Shown: positions 36,709 to 44,266 of the stretch, piece after piece | Numbering within the stretch: position 1 is the first letter of the stretch | How the letters are laid out: each line of letters begins with the position of its first letter | Made by a program: the position numbers and the translations under genes | From: a virus | Taxonomy: Duplodnaviria; Caudoviricetes | IMG/VR virus record: IMGVR_UViG_3300025390_000524 | Coordinates: 6,365 to 70,364 of that record | Length of the DNA stretch: 64,000 nucleotides | Direction: 5' to 3' (one strand) | Notes under the pieces: generated by a model | The model's database searches: none | Told to the model about the DNA's origin: nothing | What the model saw: the letters and a program-made list of their open reading frames with translations, nothing else

Positions 36709-38082
36709 TTAGAAACTTGGAGGCGGTGACACAACTGGAGTTAAATTGATAGGTGGTTTGAAAGTATAAGCATAGCCATCTTTATGATGTAAAACTTGGC
36801 AGTATTCGTATTTAACGGCTTCAACTTTGCATCCTTTAGGTAAAGTAAAATTACCATCTTTTTTAATGGTGACTTTTCCTATTGCAGTTTTACCAGCGTA
36901 TTTGTTTTTTAAGTGAGCTGGAACAACGGCTTTAACTATATCCCCAGTTCTAAACTCAAAATATTTTCCTGTTTTGTTGTCAATAGCACTAAATGGACCT
37001 CTAAGTTTAGGTTTGGATATTGGTGTGCCATAAGCGTTGTTGCGTACCATTTGTCTACAACCATGCCCAAATGCTTTGATTTGTAATGGCTGAGTAGTCA
37101 AGAATGTTAGATTATCTATTTTTTTACCAACACAGGCAGCGTCTATCCAATGAGTTTTTGGTAACTTCAAAGTAATTCTGTTGAATTTGGTTTGTCCGCC
37201 TGAACCTACTTTTAAAGTTAATCCAGTTTCTTTTAATGAATTAAACAAAGCCCATCTGGTAGAGTTAACGGCTGCGGCATCTCTTAATGGAGCTTTAGCT
37301 TGTGCTTTTATCTTTTTTAGTAGTTCTGGTTTCTTTGCCAAAAATTCTTCAATTGGTCTATTGCTTTTAGTTTGATTGCATTTAACACAAGCCAACAATA
37401 AATTTGCTACTCGATTACTTCCACCTTTTGATTTTGGATGAATATGATCCACGTCAAACGGTACGTTTTTGATTCCACAATAGGCGCAAGTACGATTCCA
37501 TTTTTCTAAAAGGTATTCTTTGGTTTCGTATCCCGCCAAAGTGCCATGTTGATATTCAACTCCAGAAATTTCAGCATTTTCCATTTTTTGAGTATCAAAC
37601 TTGATTAATTCTTGAAAAAGAGCAGTGATTGGCGCAATTCTTCTTAGGCGTTCAACCCAAGTCATAGTGGTATAAACACGATGTTTTAAACTTGGTGCTA
37701 ACCAACCTTTGACTTCTGCTCTTTTCCTATTAAGAAAACGAGCTTTACGATATCTGGTTTTACGTCCCCTACGTCCACTTCTAATCGCTCTACGTTTTTG
37801 TAAAGCATCTTTTATAGCAAAACCACGATGCTCAATTTCAGCACCCCAAATAACATCTTTGCCATTGAGAATTGCCAATCCAGTAAACTTTGAACCTGGG
37901 TCTATTTTTAATGCCAATTCTGTTTTAACTTCATAAGTGATAGCTTGTTTTAAAATGATTGTAAAAGGATACAATTTTAAAACTGCAGCTTTACCAGAAT
38001 TTAGTAACTTTCGTGCGCGTGAAGGTTTAACTGGTGCTAATGGTTTTTTATTAGCGTCAACACAAAATATATAGTTAGACAT
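36709..38082 (-). CDS. iscB: IscB RNA-guided endonuclease (RRXRR/PLMP + split RuvC + HNH), CRISPR-associated
   Basis: PLMP 'KKPLAPVKPSRARKLL'; RuvC-I 'KIDPGSKFTG'; Arg-rich bridge helix 'RRAIRSGRRGRKTRYRKARFLNR'; RuvC-II 'FQELIKFD'; HNH 'CAYCG..DHIHPKSKGGSNRVANLLLACVKCNQTK'; RuvC-III 'THWIDAACVG'. Confidence 0.95.
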   Translation of the reverse strand: MSNYIFCVDANKKPLAPVKPSRARKLLNSGKAAVLKLYPFTIILKQAITYEVKTELALKIDPGSKFTGLAILNGKDVIWGAEIEHRGFAIKDALQKRRAIRSGRRGRKTRYRKARFLNRKRAEVKGWLAPSLKHRVYTTMTWVERLRRIAPITALFQELIKFDTQKMENAEISGVEYQHGTLAGYETKEYLLEKWNRTCAYCGIKNVPFDVDHIHPKSKGGSNRVANLLLACVKCNQTKSNRPIEEFLAKKPELLKKIKAQAKAPLRDAAAVNSTRWALFNSLKETGLTLKVGSGGQTKFNRITLKLPKTHWIDAACVGKKIDNLTFLTTQPLQIKAFGHGCRQMVRNNAYGTPISKPKLRGPFSAIDNKTGKYFEFRTGDIVKAVVPAHLKNKYAGKTAIGKVTIKKDGNFTLPKGCKVEAVKYEYCQVLHHKDGYAYTFKPPINLTPVVSPPPSF

Positions 38083-38098
38083 TTGCTGAAATCAATTG

Positions 38099-38525
38099 GT
38101 TGCATTTAGGTCAAAAAGGCAACAGGTTGGAAACTTGGTTATTTTGGAAACTTGTTTGTGTTGCATTTAAGGTCAAAAAGGCAACAGGTTGGAAACGGCA
38201 GCAATACTGAAAGAATAAGTGTTTGGTTTTTAAGTTGCAAATAGGTCAAAAAGGCAACAGGTTGGAAACTTCGTGAACAGCTGGTTGCAAATAGGTCAAA
38301 AAGGCAACAGGTTGGAAACTGGGTTCAGTTGTCAACCGTTTTATCCAAAAATTTGCTAGTTGCAAATAGGTTAAGAAGGCAACAGTTTGGAAACTTTTAT
38401 CTCGTGGAGAATTAACCCTCGTGATTTATCAAGTTGCAAATAGGTCAAAAAGGCAACAGGTTGGAAACATTTTCAGTGATAAAGATCACGTTGCAAATAG
38501 GTTAAGAAGGCAACAGGTTGGAAAC
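38099..38525 (-). CRISPR. CRISPR array B: 7 repeats, 6 spacers (25, 37, 14, 39, 38, 21 nt), directly upstream of iscB
   Basis: Repeats at 38099, 38160, 38234, 38284, 38359, 38433 and 38490; dominant minus-strand variant GTTTCCAACCTGTTGCCTTTTTGACCTATTTGCAAC. Confidence 0.95.
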
Positions 38526-38555
38526 CTCTTAAAAAAAATTGATTGAGCTTTTGGC

Positions 38556-38787
38556 TCCTCTCTAAGAGAGTAAAGTGTGCCTCGTCAATGTTAAAAAAGT
38601 TTGTCATGCTAATTACACTGTTCCTACCTTGAAAGAACTGTTTAATAATTAACCATAGGGCTTGGAACTGGCTTGTATCCCAAGGTATGATAGCTTTTTT
38701 AACGTAGTCAGTTAAGACTTAGACTGATTTCCCTAGTTCGTTAATAGCCGTTTAATTAGCTAAAAGAACTTTGCCTTTTCAACCTAT
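38556..38787 (-). ncRNA. omegaRNA/HEARO-derived tracrRNA-like scaffold, copy B (anti-repeat 38771-38787)
   Basis: Near-identical to copy A. 5' ATAGGTTGAAAAGGCAA pairs with array-B repeats; GGAAAT (38727-38732) pairs with the repeat 5' GTTTCC; GATAAT -10 box at 38792-38797. Confidence 0.88.
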
Positions 38788-38837
38788 ACTTATTATCTCA
38801 TAGTCAAAAATTGCACAAAACACACCATTTTTCACAT

Positions 38838-38861
38838 AAAAAAACCACCTACAAAGGGTGG
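38838..38861 (-). terminator. Rho-independent terminator after array C
   Basis: CCACC..GGTGG hairpin followed by T7; paralog of 36661-36685. Confidence 0.7.
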
Positions 38862-38864
38862 AGT

Positions 38865-39087
38865 TAGGTTAAAAAGGCAACAGGTTGGAAATATCCTTCT
38901 CGTTGCAAATAGGTCAAAAAGGCAACGGTTGAAAACTGGGTGTCCCACCAGAATTTTTACACTGTCCGTTGCAAATAGGTTAAGAAGGCAACAGGTTGGA
39001 AATATCCTTCTCGTTGCAAATAGGTCAAAAAGACAACGGTTGGAAACTAATAATCGTTAATAGGTCAAGAAGGCAACGGTTGGAAAT
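38865..39087 (-). CRISPR. Degenerate CRISPR array C: 5 repeats/partial repeats, spacers of 9, 31, 9 and ~8 nt
   Basis: Repeats at ~38865 (partial), 38902, 38968, 39013 and ~39056; the 9-nt spacer ATCCTTCTC occurs twice. Confidence 0.8.
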
Positions 39088-39114
39088 TACTCTAGAAAGA
39101 ATACTATTTTAATT

Positions 39115-40560
39115 TTAACCAAAAATCCCCCTAGTAGCAGTTAAAGCAAATGCCAAGCTCATAATAATATCGTCATGTCCACCAGCTTGTGCTTCTAGTT
39201 TATTTTCAAGTTGTCTAAAACTTAAAAGTTCTTCAATGATTATTCTATCTGGAGGCAAAATTAAAACATTGCGTTCCATTGCCAATAGTAGTTTATTGAT
39301 CATTACTGGTTTACTAACACCAGTGGTTTTTATCTGATCAATGTTGACGTTAGGATTGATTTTAATTAACTGTTCATAGTAAATAATCCCACCAGAATTA
39401 ACTTCAATTCCTACTGCTACTGGTTGGTATTTTTGCAATAATAAACTGAGGTTATGAATTTGTAATTCATTGGTAAGTTTACGTTTGCGGTAAAGGTCAA
39501 CCAGATACAATTTATCGCCAATAGATTTTAAAACAGTAGCTACCGTATAGTCAGCACCCATCAAACTGGTATCAATACCAAGATAGTAAGAAGCGTTAGG
39601 ATCTGGTTCGCGTTCCCATTCTCCAACGGTAGTTAACCTGATCAATTCTGCACTAAATACACTGGTCGCAGCATCAGTAAAGTTTAAATTATATTCTTGT
39701 TCTACAATTTCTTGGGTCAATCCAAATCTATCTTTGAGGGTTTCTAGATAGGTTTCTTTTTGTTTACCAAATTTTGGATGATCGTACCAGTGGGTAACAA
39801 ATTTACAAATACCTTTACTATCAGTCCAATATTGAGTAGGCGGTACTTTATTATTTCTGATACCTTCACAGATTGCTAAAAAATCATGACCATCATTGCC
39901 ATCTGCCAGCTGGTTATAATACCAACCAGTTTGACCATTTGGTGTGCTTAAAATTATTACTTTGGCTTTATCGCCTACCATTGTTGTACAGGGTATAGCA
40001 GATTTATAAATATCTTCAATCCCATCCACAAAGGCAGCTTCGTCAAACAACAACATATGGACTGATTCTATTCCCCTTGCACCATTGGCGGTAGAATTAC
40101 GAAACAACAACCTAGAACCGTTAGGAAAAGATATATCAGTTAAACTATCGGTTACTGGTTCTCCATATTGATGCAAAAATTCTAAAGTTTTACGTAATCG
40201 TTTAGCTAAGCTGGAGGTATCCTGTTGGGTTTTACTAAAAGCTACACAGAGAAAACCAGGATCTTTTAACGCTCTCCACAACGCATAATTGATGCAGGTT
40301 TCGGTTAGACCCAATTGTCTAGTTTTGGCAACAACAGTGGTTATATGACCTTCTATCTGCTCTACCAGTCGTTCTTGATAGGGGTAGGGAACAAAATGGA
40401 CAATACCATCACCAGAACGGATTTTACAAAGCTTGGCAAACTCCACCCAAGTATCAGGCACGTCAAGTTTACCAGGATCTTTTACTATACCTACAATTTT
40501 GTGGTGATCTCTTTGGTTCCGTTCTTCAATGATTGCTCTAAATTTCGACCTGTTGCTCAC
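39115..40560 (-). CDS. terL: Terminase large subunit
   Basis: 'AKTRQLGLT' (Walker A variant), 'LLFDEAAF', 'ILSTPNG', nuclease 'LGIDTS' and 'GHDDIIMSLA'. Confidence 0.9.
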   Translation of the reverse strand: MSNRSKFRAIIEERNQRDHHKIVGIVKDPGKLDVPDTWVEFAKLCKIRSGDGIVHFVPYPYQERLVEQIEGHITTVVAKTRQLGLTETCINYALWRALKDPGFLCVAFSKTQQDTSSLAKRLRKTLEFLHQYGEPVTDSLTDISFPNGSRLLFRNSTANGARGIESVHMLLFDEAAFVDGIEDIYKSAIPCTTMVGDKAKVIILSTPNGQTGWYYNQLADGNDGHDFLAICEGIRNNKVPPTQYWTDSKGICKFVTHWYDHPKFGKQKETYLETLKDRFGLTQEIVEQEYNLNFTDAATSVFSAELIRLTTVGEWEREPDPNASYYLGIDTSLMGADYTVATVLKSIGDKLYLVDLYRKRKLTNELQIHNLSLLLQKYQPVAVGIEVNSGGIIYYEQLIKINPNVNIDQIKTTGVSKPVMINKLLLAMERNVLILPPDRIIIEELLSFRQLENKLEAQAGGHDDIIMSLAFALTATRGIFG

Positions 40561-41104
40561 GTAGTTTCTCCAGCATCAGATCTCGCAATCCAGTAAGCTC
40601 GACATATTGATTTAATGCTTTTTCGTTGGATTCAGTCAAAGCAGCATCAATTTTGGCTACATTCAAGGCATCTGCAGTTTTCTCGTAGTCTAACGACTGG
40701 CTACCATAGTTATGTTTAAACTGTTTTGCTAAAATCTCTTGGCGCTCTAACGTGGATTTTACTAATTCTAAACGCCGTTGAACAATATCAAAAATCACTT
40801 CTTTTTCGGCTGCTAATAAACGTTCAGCTTGTGCCTGTTTAAAAGCTTCAGTTCTTTCTCGCCACTTCCACTTGGTAGAAATATTGATCCATTCTTTGGG
40901 TGTAATTATATTTCCAGAAGCTATCTTCTTGGCAGCATTGCTATCACCTTTTTCTTTCTGGGCTTTGAGGTAACGATGATATGCGCTATTGAGAGTACCA
41001 GCATCTAAAAAACCAGGCAAATAAAATTCAACTAGACGCAAATACCAATCTATTGGCTCGCCTTCTAATTGTCCCCAATGCTCCAGTGTAGTGCTTACTG
41101 CCAT
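40538..41104 (-). CDS. Terminase small subunit (putative)
   Basis: Immediately upstream of and overlapping terL; 'WGQLEGEP..W..WRER..AF' helical pattern. Confidence 0.6.
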   Translation of the reverse strand: MAVSTTLEHWGQLEGEPIDWYLRLVEFYLPGFLDAGTLNSAYHRYLKAQKEKGDSNAAKKIASGNIITPKEWINISTKWKWRERTEAFKQAQAERLLAAEKEVIFDIVQRRLELVKSTLERQEILAKQFKHNYGSQSLDYEKTADALNVAKIDAALTESNEKALNQYVELTGLRDLMLEKLREQQVEI

Positions 41105-41138
41105 TAAAAATAGGTAATATGATACTAATTGTAGTATA

Positions 41139-41402
41139 TCACTGACTATTCATAACTTTTTCCCATTGCTCTACATTGATTTGGATTAAGTTAGGAGAAG
41201 GTTGTCGCCAATGGATACCTTTCTGGTAAATTGCTTTTTGCGGAAAACGTTTAGCTTCGACAATTGCTTTGTAGATAACAGAACGATCGAAATTAAAATA
41301 ATCGGCAGCAATCGATACCCGCACCCATTCTTTCAAAACAAATCTTGTACTCATGATTACATTTGATATTTCTGTAGTTAAAAGATAGAATATCACAATC
41401 AA
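41139..41402 (-). CDS. Excisionase-like winged-helix protein
   Basis: 'WVRVSIAADYFNFDRSVIY..YQKGIHWR..IQINVEQWE'; divergent from the integrase. Confidence 0.55.
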   Translation of the reverse strand: MIVIFYLLTTEISNVIMSTRFVLKEWVRVSIAADYFNFDRSVIYKAIVEAKRFPQKAIYQKGIHWRQPSPNLIQINVEQWEKVMNSQ

Positions 41403-41414
41403 TGAGTAGCCAAA

Positions 41415-42521
41415 ATGGACGAAAAATTAAGCAAAATCAACCAAAAACTCAACAAAATTAAACTCAGAATAAAAGGAAATCGAATTTATTTACGTGGTAC
41501 GCTTCCTCCCAAACCACAAGATGGTGAACTACCACGTCAATATGACCTGTCAACTGGATTACCAGCCAATAACGAAGGAATCAATATAGCCTACGGTAGA
41601 GCGCTAGAAATGGAATCTAGATTGATTTTAGATAGGTTCTCCTGGGCAGATTATCTGGGTGAAGGGATAATGGGAATTAAACCAATATCTTTGTGGATTG
41701 AAGAATTTACTGAATACTATTGGAATATCAACGTTAAAACCGTTAAGAAAGAACATTATTTTAACAACGCCTACTACCTGCACCTACGGCAATTGCCTTT
41801 AGACCAACCACTAAGCGAAAAAATCATTATTGAATATTTAACAAAACTAGAACCATCTTCGGCTATCAGACAAAAACGCTATCTGGTCTATAAAAAATTA
41901 TTAAGTTTTGCAAATATCAAGCATGACCTGAGCCACCTACATACTAAATATACGCCAGCTATTGAACGTGATATTCCTACTGACAGGCAGATTGAAAAGT
42001 TTATAGCAAAAGTTTCTCCAGAATACCGTTGGATTTTTGGGATGCTTGCCGCCTATGGCTTGCGTGGACATGAATTGATGGAACTAGATACCAGTAAAAT
42101 CAATTCTAAAGTGCCAGTAGTCTATGTTAATTCAGATACTAAAACAGGTTCACGGTCGGTCTATCCAATGTTGCCAGAATGGGTAAGCAAATTTAATCTA
42201 GCCGAGCGCTACATTCCAGAATCTATTACCAAATATACCAACGTCATAGATTTTGGCAATGTTTTAAGCTGGTATTGTAAAAGAGAAATGCGTAAAAAAT
42301 TTAATCAAAAGATGACCGCCTACTATTTTAGGGATGCCTATGCAATTAGGTGCGCTCTCCAGGGCGTAGATTCAACTACTGCTTCCAAATGGATGGGACA
42401 TTCAATTACTATGCACCAAAAATCCTATCTGAAATTCTTTGATGAAAACCACCATGAACAACTCTGGCTAAACGCACAAAAAAAGGATACAAAAACTGCA
42501 CCCTTTACAAACAACCAATAG
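41415..42521 (+). CDS. int: Tyrosine integrase (cyanobacterial phage type)
   Basis: 'IYLRGTLPPK' N-terminus, 'AYGLRGHE', 'YYFRDAYAIR', 'WMGHS', 'HQKSY'. Confidence 0.88.
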   Translation: MDEKLSKINQKLNKIKLRIKGNRIYLRGTLPPKPQDGELPRQYDLSTGLPANNEGINIAYGRALEMESRLILDRFSWADYLGEGIMGIKPISLWIEEFTEYYWNINVKTVKKEHYFNNAYYLHLRQLPLDQPLSEKIIIEYLTKLEPSSAIRQKRYLVYKKLLSFANIKHDLSHLHTKYTPAIERDIPTDRQIEKFIAKVSPEYRWIFGMLAAYGLRGHELMELDTSKINSKVPVVYVNSDTKTGSRSVYPMLPEWVSKFNLAERYIPESITKYTNVIDFGNVLSWYCKREMRKKFNQKMTAYYFRDAYAIRCALQGVDSTTASKWMGHSITMHQKSYLKFFDENHHEQLWLNAQKKDTKTAPFTNNQ

Positions 42522-42556
42522 TATCAGTGTATCATTTTTGGTATTAAAAAAAGTAC

Positions 42557-42770
42557 TAGGGAAGAATTAGGGAAGTCAATTTTGAGAAGCTTTATAGATA
42601 AGGGGTTACGAGAATTTACCAGTTCTTTTCAAAAGAAAATTTCAGACCATCTTGAAACCTAGCATTTTAGAACAAATCCTTACATATTAAGCTCTTTGGC
42701 GTTTCAATTTTATTGTTGTAGTTTTAAAAACAAGGGAAAAACAGTTTTATTTAGGGAAGGATTAGGGAAG
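42557..42770. promoter_or_regulatory. Candidate attP with arm-type direct repeats
   Basis: TAGGGAAGAATTAGGGAAG (42557-42575) and TAGGGAAGGATTAGGGAAG (42752-42770) flank ~175 bp of non-coding DNA right after int. Confidence 0.55.
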
Positions 42771-42865
42771 AATTTTGCACACTTTTTCCATACCGACAAA
42801 ATATTTTTGCCAAGGTATACTGTTTTACAAACAAACGGAGAACCCTTATGCTAGAACAAATGTTC

Positions 42866-42884
42866 GGGGGGGGGGGGGGGGGGG
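42866..42884. repeat. G19 homopolymer
   Basis: 19 consecutive G in an AT-rich intergenic region. Confidence 0.85.
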
Positions 42885-43134
42885 TAACGCTTCTTTTCCT
42901 ATTAAATTTTGGCTGTATTATTGGCAATGGTGCAAAAGTAAGTTATTTTAAAATAGTCTTCACAAAATAATTACTTTGAACTAAACCTATAAAAAATGTC
43001 AACAGCCATTAATTGTTACAAAATTGAAGCATTGCTCAAGACGTCTATTGAGCAGATAAAAGAAAACAAGGACACTACAGAAGCCCTTGTAAAACTAGAA
43101 ACAGCGTTGAAATTAATTCAACATGAAACTGGAT

Positions 43135-43515
43135 CTAAATATCTTTCAGATCATCAACATTGATTGGTGGTTCGCCTAACAGCTCTTCCTTCAGTTCAGG
43201 TTGAGCTGCAACCACGCTGTCAAACTTCAATAGCATATCGTGCCAAGTATAGAAAAATTCAACCCGCATCGATTCTGGAATAGCGGTTAAAATCTTGGCA
43301 AGAACCGAAACTTTCATATCACCCTGCTTGCCGTTTTTGATATTGGAAACGTTATTAGCAGTGACGTGAGCATGGTCTGCTAATTGTTTGTTAGTAAACC
43401 ATGACTGATCGTTCAATACTTTCCGTAGAATCCGATAGGGATCTGGATAACCACCATGATTCTTGATTAACCCGATTTTTGCGTACAACTCGTCATCTAT
43501 TGGTGTTTTTAACAT
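43135..43515 (-). CDS. XRE-family HTH regulator
   Basis: 'FTNKQLADHAHVTANNVSNIKNGKQGDMKVSVLAKIL'. Confidence 0.75.
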   Translation of the reverse strand: MLKTPIDDELYAKIGLIKNHGGYPDPYRILRKVLNDQSWFTNKQLADHAHVTANNVSNIKNGKQGDMKVSVLAKILTAIPESMRVEFFYTWHDMLLKFDSVVAAQPELKEELLGEPPINVDDLKDI

Positions 43516-43615
43516 TTCTTTTGCTTTCTACTCATTATCTTTAGTGTAAGCAATTTTACTCAATACCACAAGATATTTTTATGGTACGTAATAGACAAAA
43601 CACCAAGAATAAGGT

Positions 43616-43951
43616 CTATTTAAGTTCCAATAGATCAGAAAGTTCACATTGGAAGTAATTGCATAAAATTTCAATAGTGGAACTACTAATAGCTTGAAAT
43701 TTATTGAGGTAAAGAGCATTGATAGTAGTAGGTGACAATCCAGTCTCCTTAGCCAATCGGGCTTGATTTAAAGGAGGCTCATGTATTGCCATCAAAAGCC
43801 GAATTTTAGATTTTAATTTTTTCATAAGACAATTATACAATTTTAAAAATATTGAAAAAATAACACAATAGCTTGTTAATTTCTTACAATAGCTTGTAAG
43901 ATTATAAACAAAGAAAAGTAGCCACCAAGGACTACCTGTATCAAAAAGCAA
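43616..43951 (-). CDS. Cro/C1-type HTH repressor
   Basis: 'LNQARLAKETGLSPTTINALY..TIEILCNYFQCELSDLL'; real start probably 'MKKLKSK'. Confidence 0.8.
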   Translation of the reverse strand: MLFDTGSPWWLLFFVYNLTSYCKKLTSYCVIFSIFLKLYNCLMKKLKSKIRLLMAIHEPPLNQARLAKETGLSPTTINALYLNKFQAISSSTIEILCNYFQCELSDLLELK

Positions 43952-44266
43952 CTAGATTTTAGCATGAATAAAACAAAAATCCATCTCATTGGACAATATA
44001 CCCGTCCAAGATAATCTTTGTTACTAAACTTTATTTTTTGTATATTGCTTTCTCACGATATTCAGGATAAAGTTTAATAGCCGAGATTAAATCAGGCTAT
44101 ATTTATATATACAAACAAAAAAGGAGTAGCCCTTGAGCCCTCCTTCGGAGATAACTTGTTTATTAACTAAACATTATGCCACACAACTACAGAAATCAGG
44201 CTTCCACGCGGTTTATAAAAAACATTATTAAAAATATAAATACTGTCATTAGAACAGAGTTATTGT

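Noticed and set aside
38395-38432. Spacer B5 segment CTCGTGGAGAATTAAC resembling a Synechocystis type III repeat (CTCGTAGGAGAAATTAAT)
   Set aside because: Only ~16 nt with two gaps, compared from memory; likely chance.
38893-39012. 9-nt spacer GAGAAGGAT matching near 1604 in the tail tip gene
   Set aside because: A 9-mer is expected by chance in 64 kb, so it is not evidence of self-targeting.
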